Below are positions 1 through 8,527 of a stretch of DNA of 64,000 nt, piece after piece. A program made the translations under genes and the position numbers. Within the stretch, counting starts at the first letter, position 1, and the number at the start of each line of letters is the position of its first letter. Source of the DNA: an uncultured bacterium (GTDB taxonomy: Bacteria; Krumholzibacteriota; Krumholzibacteriia; Krumholzibacteriales; Krumholzibacteriaceae); contig CAWJVO010000002.1 in the NCBI GenBank assembly GCA_963846325.1, forward strand, positions 851-64,850, given 5' to 3'. The notes under the pieces were generated by a model. The model was given only the letters and a program-made list of their open reading frames with translations. It searched no databases and was not told the DNA's origin.

Positions 1-210
1 GCCCTCCTTCTCCTGATGGCTCTCGGGCACCTCGCTGCGGATGCGCTGGCCTATCTGCAGCTTCCGGAGCCTGCGGATGAGGAACGGCCCGAACACGAAG
101 CAGATGAGGAGCGCGGTGACCATCGCGTACGCGGCACGGAACGTGATGTACCGGAACACGTTGAACGCGAAGAAGTGATCGCGGAGCGGATACAGGAGCC
201 AGTACAGCAT
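1..210 (-). CDS. mraY: Phospho-N-acetylmuramoyl-pentapeptide transferase MraY, N-terminal fragment (continues past window start)
   Basis: My reverse translation from the ATG at 208-210 gives MLYWLLYPLRDHFFAFNVFRYITFRAAYAMVTALLICFVFGPFLIRRL, a canonical MraY N-terminus. The start overlaps the murF stop (TGATG). It sits in the expected dcw position after murF. It is absent from the ORF track because it is truncated. Confidence 0.9.
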   Translation of the reverse strand, partial: MLYWLLYPLRDHFFAFNVFRYITFRAAYAMVTALLICFVFGPFLIRRLRKLQIGQRIRSEVPESHQEKEG

Positions 211-1619
211 CAGTCCGCCCCCCGCGTCGAGGCGCCGCGCGCCGACTTGATCGATTCGAGAATCGTCTCCATGCGCATTCCCCGCGAGCCCTTCACGAGA
301 ACGGCGTCCCCCGGCGCGAGAAGCTCGTTCAGGTATCCGGCGAGCTTCGCCGCGTCGAGAAAATGCGTGATGTGCTCTGGCGATTTCCGCTGCTCGGCGG
401 CCGCGCGATTGAGCTCGACCGTTTCGGCGCCGATCGTGAGAATGCCGTCGACCTTCGCCCTGCCGCAGAATACGCCCGCCTCGCGATGCAGATCCGCGCT
501 CGAGGGACCGAGCTCGAGCATGTCGCCGAGCACGAGCCAGCGTCTCCCCCGCGCCGGAATCTCCATGAAGGCCTCCACGGCGGCCCTGAGCGAGGCCGGA
601 TTCGAATTGTAGCTTTCGTCGACGAGCAGAATTCCGTCGAAATCGAGTAGCACGCCTCTTCCCGGATGCGCGGGCGCTTCGAGGACGGCGGCTGCGATCT
701 CTTCGGGCGGGACGCCGACGATCGATCCGACGATCGCCGCGGCGGCCGCGTTGAGCACGTGATGCTTTCCGTAGCGCGCGATCTCGATATCGATGTCGCC
801 GACGCGGAAGCGGTAGCCGCCCGATTCGCGCTTCTCGAGATTCGCGATCCGGCGGTCGGCGCTCTCCGAAAAACCGAAGGTGAGGACGCGCGCCTTCGTG
901 CGCTCCCTGAGAAAATCGACGAACTCGTCGTCGGCGGGAAGCACCGCGGTCCCTTCTCCCGGGAGCGCCTCGAGCAGCTCAGCCTTGGCCGCGGCCACTC
1001 CCTTGAGCGAGCCGAAGTGCTCGAGATGCGCCGGCCCGACGTTCGTCACGACCCCGATATCCGGTTTCGCGATGCCGGCGAGCGTCTTGATCTCCTTGCG
1101 ATGATTGGCCCCCATCTCCGTCACGCAGACGCTCTCGCTCCCGTCCATCCCGAGAATCGTGAGCGGGAGCCCGATGTGGTTGTTCAGATTTCCCGGCGTG
1201 GCGTGCACGCTGAATCGCTTCGCGACGATCGCGGCGATGAGATCCTTCGTTCCCGTCTTTCCGCTGCTCCCCGTGACGGCGATCACGCGCGGATTCACGA
1301 GCGCGCGATACGCCGCGGCGAGGGCCTGCAGGCCCGCGAGGGTGTCCCCCACGTCGAACACGGGAATCGTGCCGGCGATCCGCGCCGCGTCGGCCTTCCG
1401 GCCGGAGGAGACGAGGAGCGCGGCGGCTCCCTTGCCGATCGCCGCGTCGAGGTAGTCGTGCCCGTCGGCGGCCGGCCCCTTCAGAGCGACGAAAAGCCTG
1501 CGCGCGCAGTCCCCTCTCGTGTCGATCGAGACGCCTTCTATCGAGCCTTCGCCCGGATCTCCTCCCCGGTATCCCGCGGCGGCGAGAGCGTTCGCGACCC
1601 ATCGCAGTTCAGCCTTGAT
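210..1619 (-). CDS. murF: UDP-N-acetylmuramoyl-tripeptide--D-alanyl-D-alanine ligase MurF
   Basis: Lies in the frame of ORF 210..1796. Mur ligase motifs are present (VSIDTRGD, VTGSSGKTGTKD P-loop, DESYNSNP). The track's ATG at 1796 adds a 59-aa Arg/Ser-rich extension overlapping murE by 188 nt. Homology starts near WTIKAELRW, where an ATC (1617-1619) lies 6 nt after GGGAGG. The true start is uncertain (1619 or 1796). Confidence 0.85.
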   Translation of the reverse strand: MKAELRWVANALAAAGYRGGDPGEGSIEGVSIDTRGDCARRLFVALKGPAADGHDYLDAAIGKGAAALLVSSGRKADAARIAGTIPVFDVGDTLAGLQALAAAYRALVNPRVIAVTGSSGKTGTKDLIAAIVAKRFSVHATPGNLNNHIGLPLTILGMDGSESVCVTEMGANHRKEIKTLAGIAKPDIGVVTNVGPAHLEHFGSLKGVAAAKAELLEALPGEGTAVLPADDEFVDFLRERTKARVLTFGFSESADRRIANLEKRESGGYRFRVGDIDIEIARYGKHHVLNAAAAAIVGSIVGVPPEEIAAAVLEAPAHPGRGVLLDFDGILLVDESYNSNPASLRAAVEAFMEIPARGRRWLVLGDMLELGPSSADLHREAGVFCGRAKVDGILTIGAETVELNRAAAEQRKSPEHITHFLDAAKLAGYLNELLAPGDAVLVKGSRGMRMETILESIKSARGASTRGAD

Positions 1620-3093
1620 GGTCCACCTCCCGGCCGCGCAGCGCCTCTTCGGCCTCGAGCGCGTCGTTGAACGGAACGCGTCCGTCCCGGCAGATCTGCT
1701 CGTTCTCGTGGCCTTTTCCCGCGATGACGACGAGGTCTCCCTCTCCGGCGGCCCCGACGGCCGCGCGGATCGCGGAGCGCCGGTCCCTGACGACATGGAC
1801 GGGCACCGTGCTTCCTTTGACGCCGTCCAGTATCTCCTTCACGATCGCGTCGGGATCCTCGGTGCGCGGATTGTCGTCGGTGACGAAAACGACGTCGCTC
1901 AGGCGGGCGGCGATTCCCCCCATCATCGGCCGTTTTCCCCTGTCCCGGTCTCCGCCGCAGCCGAATACGGTCACGATCTTCCGCGGACGAAGCTCCCTGC
2001 AGAAATTGAGGAGCTTCTCGAGCGCGTCGGGCGTGTGCGCGAAGTCGACGACGGCCGTGGGACCCCGGCCGATCGAGACGACCTGGAACCGTCCCGGAAC
2101 CTGGGCGACGTTCTCGAGGCCCGTCTTGATATCGGCGAGGCCGACGCCGAGCGCGTGCGCGCAGGCGGCGGCGGTGAGCGCGTTGTATACCGAGATCGTT
2201 CCGAGAAGCCTGAGATCGAGGCGCTCGCGCCGCGATTCGACGACGAGATCGAAGCGGGTGCCCTTGAGATCCGCCGTGAGCCTTTCCGCCCTCACGTCCG
2301 CCGACGGCGAGAGCCCGAACGAAAGGCTCGGGCCCGCGAAACGCTTCGCGACGCGCGCGACCTCGGGATCGTCTACGTTGTACGCGAAGGTCCCCGGGCG
2401 TTTCTTCCGTCCCGGCTCGACGAGGGTGCGCACGAATTCCTCTTTCGCCTCGATGTATTTTTCGAGCGTGCCGTGATAGTCGAGATGGTCGCGCGTCACG
2501 TTGGTGAACGCGCCGACGTCGAACTCGAGGCCCGCGATCCTTCCCTGCTCCGCCGCGTGCGAGCTCACCTCCATGACGGTCGAGCGGCAGCCCCGCTCGA
2601 GGAAACCGGCCATGACGCGGTAGAGATCGACGGCGCCCGGCGTCGTGTTGCGCGCCGAGGCGAGCTCGTCGGAGTCGCCGTATCCGATCGTGCCGATGAT
2701 GCCGCAGGGTCCGTGCGCGATATTCATGATCGAGCGCAGGAGAAAGGCGCTCGAAGTCTTGCCGTTCGTTCCCGTGACGCCGGCGAGCCGGAGACGGGAC
2801 GCGGGATCCCCGAAAAACCGCCTCGCCATGAGCGCCGCGGCGAGGGACGAATCGCGGACGACGACCGCGGGAATCGAACCCTCGAGCGCGTGCTCGACGA
2901 CGAGGGCGGAGGCGCCCTTCCGGATCGCGTCCGCGACGAACGCGTGCCCGTCCGCCGCATGCCCCCGTATCGCGACGAAGCAGTCTCCCGCCTTGAGCGA
3001 ACGCGAGTCGGTGACGACGCCGGTCACGTCGACGTCGCGGAAGGCGATGCGCGTCGTGACGTCGATTCCCTCGATGAGCCGGGATAGCTTCAA
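1609..3093 (-). CDS. murE: UDP-N-acetylmuramoyl-L-alanyl-D-glutamate--2,6-diaminopimelate ligase MurE
   Basis: Lies in the frame of ORF 1609..3672. Motifs include VTDSRSLKAGDCFVAIRG, GVTGTNGKTS and DNPRTEDP. Homology begins at (L)KLSRLIEGIDV, which is TTG 3091-3093. That TTG is preceded by ACGGAG and overlaps the ftsI stop (TTGA). An alternative ATG lies at 3156. Confidence 0.9.
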   Translation of the reverse strand: MKLSRLIEGIDVTTRIAFRDVDVTGVVTDSRSLKAGDCFVAIRGHAADGHAFVADAIRKGASALVVEHALEGSIPAVVVRDSSLAAALMARRFFGDPASRLRLAGVTGTNGKTSSAFLLRSIMNIAHGPCGIIGTIGYGDSDELASARNTTPGAVDLYRVMAGFLERGCRSTVMEVSSHAAEQGRIAGLEFDVGAFTNVTRDHLDYHGTLEKYIEAKEEFVRTLVEPGRKKRPGTFAYNVDDPEVARVAKRFAGPSLSFGLSPSADVRAERLTADLKGTRFDLVVESRRERLDLRLLGTISVYNALTAAACAHALGVGLADIKTGLENVAQVPGRFQVVSIGRGPTAVVDFAHTPDALEKLLNFCRELRPRKIVTVFGCGGDRDRGKRPMMGGIAARLSDVVFVTDDNPRTEDPDAIVKEILDGVKGSTVPVHVVRDRRSAIRAAVGAAGEGDLVVIAGKGHENEQICRDGRVPFNDALEAEEALRGREVDHQG

Positions 3094-5234
3094 TCCGACG
3101 CTCCGTTCGCCGCGTTGACGGTCCGGTCCGGTTTCTCTCCGCTCCGCGGATTGCATGTCAGCATCACCCTGGCGAGCCGGGAGAGGAGCGTTCCCGCCGG
3201 CGGATCCTGACGCTCGACGATTCCGAAGCCGCGCACGACGCAGTCGAGACCGCACGAAAGGAGCAGCCGCCTCGCTTCGCGGATCGACAACCCCGCGACG
3301 TCGGGGACCGCGCGCTTCGATTCGGATTCCGCCGCCTCGGCGCGGACCATGAGATGAACCTCGTCCTTCCGGCCGATCAGGGTGCCGGGATCGGGAGTCT
3401 GCGAAAAAACGATCCCCTTGACGTCGGGGCATCGCACCTTCAGCCCGCGATCTGACGCAAGATCGATCGCTTCGTCGGTCGAGAGGCGAAGGAAGTTCGG
3501 CACGCGCTTCGAACCGTCCGACGACTTGTCGGCCGCGAGATTCGCGCCCGGCGCGTCGCAGAAAAGATCGGTCGAAAGGTTGACGCCCTCGACGATCTTG
3601 CCGAAGACGATCGCCGAGGATTCGCCTCCCCAGTAGTACGGATACACGGGCTCGTCGAGCACGACGATGCACACGATCCGGGGATCCCGGGCGGGAGCGA
3701 ATCCGACGAAGCTCACGACGTACTTGCCCGGCTGGTAGCCGCCGCCCACGACCTTCTGCGACGTCCCCGTTTTCCCCGCGACCGCGACGCCGTTCACCGC
3801 CGCTTTTGTGCCCGTCCCTTTGAGAACGACCTCGGCGCAGAAATCCCGCATCGTCGCCGCGGTCTTGTCAGAGAACGCTTTCCTGACCTGAACGACCGGG
3901 AATTTTCGAACGACGGCGTTCCGCGCGTCCCGCTCCTCGAGCGCGATTCTCGGAGCGAGGAGCTCGCCGCCGTTGGCGAGGGCGCCGTACACCATCGCCA
4001 TCTGCAGGGGGGTGACCCCGATCTCGTGCCCGATCGCGATGCTCGGCAGCGAACGCGCCGACCAGAAACGCGGATCCCGGAGCGTGCCGCGGGATTCGGC
4101 GGGGAGATCGATCCCTGTCCTGCCGCCGAACCCGAGACGGAGGATATGGCGGTAGAATTCGGCGGGGGGCGCGGCGAGCGCCGCCTTGATCGTGCAGATG
4201 TTGCTCGAGTACACGAACGATTCCTTGAAGCTGAGCCAGCCGAACTCGTGATCGTCGTGGAAGGTTCCGAAATCGAACACGCACTTTCCATTATCGCCGA
4301 AGAACGCGTCGTACTGATCCACTTTCCCCGACTCGAGGAGATAGGAATCGGTGACGAGCTTGAAGGTCGAGCCCGGCTCGTAGATGCAGTTGATCGAGCG
4401 CAGCGCGAAGCCGTCGATCACGGCGGCGTCCCGCGACACCTCGCGCCTCGGCATCTCGGAAATCGCGAGCACGTCCCCCGTCGCCGGCTCGACGACGAGC
4501 GCCATGCCGCCCGCGGCGCCGTAGCGATCGATGGCCGCCTCGAGCTCGAAATCGACGATCGTCTGGATACGCGTGTCGATCGTGAGATAGAGATCGTTGC
4601 CGTTCCGCGGCTTGCGGCCCGGCGCGTTGACCGGCTGAAAGGCCTTGCGGTCGCCCGAGAGCTGGCTCTCGAGAAGCCATCCGTCCTCCCCCGCGAGCAC
4701 GCTCTGGAACGCGAGCTCCACCCCCGCGGTGCCCTTCCCGTCCGGGCGGATCGCGCCCACGAGCTGCGGGGGCATCGCGTCGAACGGGTAGAGGCGGTCA
4801 TGGTTGGGATCGATGGCCACGCCGGGGAGCCTGGCGAGCTTCGATACCTGGTCTTCCGTCAGGTGCAGGTCTTTGCCGAGCTGGATGTACGACTCGTTTC
4901 TCCCGAGCTTCCGGCGGAGCTCCTTCTTCGACAGGTCGCACGCGTCCGCGAGACGCGCCACCGCCGACTTGTCGTCCGCGGGGAAATGCTTCGGCGTAAT
5001 CCCGATCGTGTAGGTCCAGTGCGTCACCGCGAGGGGAAATCCGTTCCGGTCGAATATGTTCCCCCTGCGGGCGGGGATCAGGTGCCGGCGATACCATTGC
5101 CGCTTCGCCTTGGCGACGTAGCTTTCGTGATCGATGATCTGGAGGTCGACGAGCCGGTAGGCGAGGATGCCGACGATGACCGTGACGGCGATCGACAGCA
5201 CGTTCAGGCGATGTCTCGGGTACATCTCGCTCAT
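3090..5234 (-). CDS. ftsI: Class B penicillin-binding protein / peptidoglycan D,D-transpeptidase FtsI with two C-terminal PASTA-like domains
   Basis: 714 aa with an N-terminal TM anchor. Transpeptidase motifs are present: SxxK (EPGSTFKLV), SxN (YSSNICT) and KTG (AGKTGTSQ). Two PASTA-like repeats sit at the C-terminus (VPNFLRLSTDEAIDLASDRGLKV and VPDVAGLSIREARRLLLSCGLDCV). Position in the dcw cluster fits. Confidence 0.9.
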   Translation of the reverse strand: MSEMYPRHRLNVLSIAVTVIVGILAYRLVDLQIIDHESYVAKAKRQWYRRHLIPARRGNIFDRNGFPLAVTHWTYTIGITPKHFPADDKSAVARLADACDLSKKELRRKLGRNESYIQLGKDLHLTEDQVSKLARLPGVAIDPNHDRLYPFDAMPPQLVGAIRPDGKGTAGVELAFQSVLAGEDGWLLESQLSGDRKAFQPVNAPGRKPRNGNDLYLTIDTRIQTIVDFELEAAIDRYGAAGGMALVVEPATGDVLAISEMPRREVSRDAAVIDGFALRSINCIYEPGSTFKLVTDSYLLESGKVDQYDAFFGDNGKCVFDFGTFHDDHEFGWLSFKESFVYSSNICTIKAALAAPPAEFYRHILRLGFGGRTGIDLPAESRGTLRDPRFWSARSLPSIAIGHEIGVTPLQMAMVYGALANGGELLAPRIALEERDARNAVVRKFPVVQVRKAFSDKTAATMRDFCAEVVLKGTGTKAAVNGVAVAGKTGTSQKVVGGGYQPGKYVVSFVGFAPARDPRIVCIVVLDEPVYPYYWGGESSAIVFGKIVEGVNLSTDLFCDAPGANLAADKSSDGSKRVPNFLRLSTDEAIDLASDRGLKVRCPDVKGIVFSQTPDPGTLIGRKDEVHLMVRAEAAESESKRAVPDVAGLSIREARRLLLSCGLDCVVRGFGIVERQDPPAGTLLSRLARVMLTCNPRSGEKPDRTVNAANGASD

Positions 5235-5656
5235 TCGGTTCCCGGCTTATGGAAAGGCGTCATTTCAAGCAAATTGTCCATCGTGAGCATGGCCCACGAC
5301 GGTTCCCCGCGATCCGATCCGCCGCCGACGCGCAGCGCGAACCGCTCGACCTCTTCGGACGATCCGGCCCGCATCCCGAGGTCCCGGGCCATCGGCAGGA
5401 TCCTGCCCGGCGAGGCGAGCACGTTGTAGGAGGCCATGAGCCGCACGTTCGCGTCCATGAGGGTGTCGACGCGCTCGCTCGACGCGGTGATTTCGTTCGA
5501 AATATTGAAGAAGTAGACATGCAGCGATATGTAGAGGAGAACGAGGGTCGAGAAAAATCCGAGGATGAGGAGAAACGTGAGCGGCGTGATTCTCCCCTCG
5601 AGGGCCCGCTTGACGAGAAGATAGAATCCCGAATAGTTCCCGCTGTTCTGATTCAT
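5231..5656 (-). CDS. ftsL: Cell division protein FtsL-like (single-pass membrane protein)
   Basis: 141 aa with one hydrophobic helix (LTFLLILGFFSTLVLLYISLHVYFF). It sits between rsmH and ftsI with an ATGA overlap to ftsI. The assignment is mainly positional. Confidence 0.55.
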   Translation of the reverse strand: MNQNSGNYSGFYLLVKRALEGRITPLTFLLILGFFSTLVLLYISLHVYFFNISNEITASSERVDTLMDANVRLMASYNVLASPGRILPMARDLGMRAGSSEEVERFALRVGGGSDRGEPSWAMLTMDNLLEMTPFHKPGTE

Positions 5657-5657
5657 C

Positions 5658-6575
5658 TCACAACCTCTCCGCAGCGCGGAGCTTCGCGCTCCGCGATCGC
5701 GAATTCCGTTCGACCTCTTCCGGCGACGGCCGCACCGCCGATTTCGTGAGCACCGTGAGGCGCGGGAGTTTCCCGCAGCGGCATTCCGGAAAGTCCTTCG
5801 GGCAGACGCAGCCGAGCGCCTCCTGCCTGAAGAACCGTTTCACGATTCGATCCTCGAGCGAATGGTAGCTGATCACGACGATCCTCGCGCCGGGGTTCGA
5901 ATGCTCGACCGCCGCGGGAAGAAACTCCGAGAGGCTTTCGAGCTCCCCGTTCGCCCAGACGCGCAGCGCCTGAAAGACGCGCGAAAGGGTGCCGTTCACG
6001 TCCTGGGCCGGTGCGACCCTCGCGACCGCCTCGCGGAGCTGCAGGGTCGAATCCATTCCGCGCGAATCCCTGAGCCGTACGATCTCCCTGGCGATCGCCC
6101 GCGAGCGGCGCTCCTCCCCGTACTCGCGAAGCACGTCCGCGATCTCCCGTTCCTCGCCCGACGATACGAACTCCGCCACCGAGAGGCCGTCCTCTCCCAT
6201 CGCCATGTCGAGCGGCCCGCTCGCCTGATAGCTGAATCCGCGCTTCGCATCCGACAGCTGATAGGTCGATACGCCGAGATCGAGAAGAAAGCCGTCCGCC
6301 TTCCTTCCCCCGAGCAGCCGCGCGATGTCCCGGAAATTCGCGCAAACGAGCTTCACCCTCGCCCCGTACGCGGCGAGCCGCACGCCCGCTTCCGCGAGGG
6401 CGCCTGGATCGCGATCGATCCCGAGCACCTCCGCCGTCGGCGCCGTCTTCTCCAGAACGAGCTCCGTATGCCCTCCCGTCCCGACCGTGCCGTCCACGAA
6501 GAGACCGGACTTCCGCGCGAGAAGCAGCTCCACGGCGGCCTCCGCCAGAACCGGTATATGGCGTACCGTCGACAT
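5658..6575 (-). CDS. rsmH: 16S rRNA (cytosine1402-N4)-methyltransferase RsmH
   Basis: Lies in the frame of ORF 5658..6668. Motifs include HIPVLAEAAVELL, DGTVGTGGHT and ISYHSLEDRIVK. Homology starts at MSTVRHIPVL (ATG 6573-6575). Confidence 0.9.
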   Translation of the reverse strand: MSTVRHIPVLAEAAVELLLARKSGLFVDGTVGTGGHTELVLEKTAPTAEVLGIDRDPGALAEAGVRLAAYGARVKLVCANFRDIARLLGGRKADGFLLDLGVSTYQLSDAKRGFSYQASGPLDMAMGEDGLSVAEFVSSGEEREIADVLREYGEERRSRAIAREIVRLRDSRGMDSTLQLREAVARVAPAQDVNGTLSRVFQALRVWANGELESLSEFLPAAVEHSNPGARIVVISYHSLEDRIVKRFFRQEALGCVCPKDFPECRCGKLPRLTVLTKSAVRPSPEEVERNSRSRSAKLRAAERL

Positions 6576-6583
6576 TCCGCATA

Positions 6584-6961
6584 TCACTCGCTTCCCGTCG
6601 AACCGGCGGGGATCGTGAACCCGAGCTTCCCGCGCTCGACGGCGAGATACCTGAGCGCCTTCCGCCAATCCGGGTACACCGGGATCACGTCTCCCCTCGT
6701 CACGAAGGCGAAGATGTCGAGAACGTAATCGCTGAGCCCGCTCATGATCATGCGGGCGCCCGCGGGATATCCGTCCTCGAGCACGTTGAACGCGCGATAG
6801 TCGACGTGATTGACCTTTTCGAAATCGAGGATGAAGCAGCCGCGGTTCGATTCCCGCGAGTCCTTGAGAGAGCCGAGCAGCATGACGGCGTCATCCCGCT
6901 CGACCGTTCCCGAGAGCTTCCACAGCTCGATGCCTCCCTTTTCGCTCCGGTAGATCTTCAT
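6584..6961 (-). CDS. STAS-domain (anti-sigma-factor-antagonist-like) protein lacking the phosphorylatable Ser
   Basis: Lies in the frame of ORF 6584..6985. ATG 6959-6961 is preceded by GGAGGTGA. The sequence MKIYRSEKGGIELWKLSGTV...FILDFEKVNHVDYRAFNVL...MSGLSDYVLDIF...IPVYPDWRKAL has a STAS-like layout. The DSSG position reads DYRA. Confidence 0.55.
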   Translation of the reverse strand: MKIYRSEKGGIELWKLSGTVERDDAVMLLGSLKDSRESNRGCFILDFEKVNHVDYRAFNVLEDGYPAGARMIMSGLSDYVLDIFAFVTRGDVIPVYPDWRKALRYLAVERGKLGFTIPAGSTGSE

Positions 6962-6972
6962 GCGCTCACCTC

Positions 6973-7422
6973 CTACAGCTGCCATTCGCCGTTGTGATAC
7001 GCGTCGTCCGCGTCATGCATGATCTTCTCGAACTCCTCGTGCTTCCACACTTCCATATGGGTCAGTCCGCCGACGACGACGAGATTCTTCGAGAGCCCGA
7101 GAGACTCGAGGTAATGGGCGGGCATCTGCACCCTGCCGACCTTGTCGACCTTGAGGTTCTCCGACTCGCTGCTGTAGTACCGGATGAGGTTCCTCTGCTG
7201 CGGCCCCGGGGGGAGAAGCCCGAGCTGGTCGATGATCCAGTCGAAATAGTCGGGGGTGAACAGGTACAGACAGCGTTCCTTGCCCTTGCTGATGACGAGG
7301 ATCTTCGACCCTTCCTCGCCGGGGACGAGCTCCCTGAACTTCGACGGGATCGTGAGCCGCGATTTGTCGTCGAGCGTGCAGGGAAACTTTCCGATGAACT
7401 TTCTGTTGGGCTTGTCCGGCAT
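6973..7422 (-). CDS. mraZ: Transcriptional regulator MraZ
   Basis: Lies in the frame of ORF 6973..7509. Homology starts at MPDKPNRKFIGKFPCTLDDKSRLTIPSKFR (ATG 7420-7422). A second MraZ repeat reads LKVDKVGRVQMPAHYLESLGL. It is the first gene of the dcw cluster. Confidence 0.9.
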   Translation of the reverse strand: MPDKPNRKFIGKFPCTLDDKSRLTIPSKFRELVPGEEGSKILVISKGKERCLYLFTPDYFDWIIDQLGLLPPGPQQRNLIRYYSSESENLKVDKVGRVQMPAHYLESLGLSKNLVVVGGLTHMEVWKHEEFEKIMHDADDAYHNGEWQL

Positions 7423-7502
7423 TTCGACCGTTACCTTGACCGCTTCTCCGAGAGCTTCTCTATCTCTTTCAGGGACTCGCGCACAGCAAGAACAAACAAG
7501 TG

Positions 7503-7537
7503 GCCCCACACTATCCCACTTTGCCCCACCATGTCAA
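7503..7537 (-). promoter_or_regulatory. dcw promoter with three direct GTGGG(G/A) MraZ boxes at exact 10-bp spacing
   Basis: The minus strand reads TTGACA-TGGTGGGGCAAAGTGGGATAGTGTGGGGCC. The boxes lie at 7524-7529, 7514-7519 and 7504-7509. A -35-like TTGACA lies at 7532-7537 and a -10-like TAGTGT follows 18 nt later, overlapping the boxes. The element is about 80-115 nt upstream of the mraZ ATG and next to an AT-rich tract at 7540-7640. Confidence 0.65.
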
Positions 7538-7678
7538 GAGGAATATCCAGGGATGCTATCTTTTTTGAAATTTATAATCGATAACGGATAAATGAGTTAG
7601 CAGCAGCGTGCATGAAAAAGCGAAAAATATTTCACCAAGATCCGCTCTTTCGTCGCTTTTCCCATTTCCCTCCAGTGT

Positions 7679-8527
7679 TCAGATGGGCTTCCGCGCGAGC
7701 AGAACGAGCGTACTTCCGAGCTCCCTCGCGAGCGGCAGCCGCTCGAGAACGGACTCGACGAACCGCGCGAGAGGAAAGAGCCGGTCCGGGACGTTCTTCC
7801 AGATGAAGATGACCGTCCGTGCGCGCTCGACTCGAAATCCCGCGTCCGCGAGCAGTCGCGCGATCTCGCCGCGCGGCGCAGGCTTGTGGTAGCGGTACGG
7901 ATGGTACTCTTGTCGCTTCACATCCCCCGCCGGATAGCACATCGGCGGGAACAGGCGTTTGAGAAAGCCCGCTCTCACGATCGCGCGCTTCCCCGCCTCG
8001 ACGATCGAATAGTAGTTCGGCGTCGAGATCGCGAGCGCGCCTCCCGGACGGAGCACGCGCCACGCCTCGCGCGCCGCGGCCGCGCGATCGGGCTCGAAGA
8101 TGTGCTCGAAGGTTTCGACCGCCGCCACCGCCATGAACGTTTCCGGGGCGAAGGGGAGCGCGCTGATGTCCGCTCCGGCGAGGTCGGCCGCATAGCCGTT
8201 CGCGTCCGCGATCCTCCGCGCCGCGAAAAAATCGTTCTGCACGATGTCGATGCCGACCGGCGACATTCCCCCTCGCGCGAGGAGAAACAGGTTGTAGCCC
8301 CACCCGCAGCCCGCGTCGAGAGCCCGTCCCTTCGGCGTTCCGCGCAGAAGTCCCGTGACTTCGAAGTAGCGCCGCCTGCTCAGGTACGCCCGCGCCTTGG
8401 AGCCGAGAAACCAGTTGCGCAGCAGATCGGGGAACCGCTCGTCGGGGATGCCGGAAGGGATGACGGGCTCGGGAAACGCGGTCTCCGCTCTCGTCTCGCT
8501 CCGGGGACGTGCGTCGCGCGGCGTCAT
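7679..8527 (-). CDS. Class I SAM-dependent methyltransferase
   Basis: 282 aa with SAM-binding motif I (ALDAGCGWGYNLFLLARGG) and the post-I/II pattern (LPFAPETFMAVAAVETFEHI, LRPGGALAIS). Its start overlaps the upstream stop (ATGA). Confidence 0.75.
   Translation of the reverse strand: MTPRDARPRSETRAETAFPEPVIPSGIPDERFPDLLRNWFLGSKARAYLSRRRYFEVTGLLRGTPKGRALDAGCGWGYNLFLLARGGMSPVGIDIVQNDFFAARRIADANGYAADLAGADISALPFAPETFMAVAAVETFEHIFEPDRAAAAREAWRVLRPGGALAISTPNYYSIVEAGKRAIVRAGFLKRLFPPMCYPAGDVKRQEYHPYRYHKPAPRGEIARLLADAGFRVERARTVIFIWKNVPDRLFPLARFVESVLERLPLARELGSTLVLLARKPI

Noticed and set aside
1609-3672. Over-long N-terminal extensions in the ORF track. Examples are murE 687 aa, capD-like 744 aa, ribBA 565 aa, ORFs 8524..11232, 24992..27055, 32004..33692, 43724..46648, 49876..51474, 53344..54780 and 60749..62698, and rpsF 212 aa.
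   Set aside because: The upstream parts overlap the preceding gene in another frame, are Arg-rich junk and lack homology. Internal starts with an SD and 4-nt ATGA/GTGA coupling overlaps give normal-length proteins.
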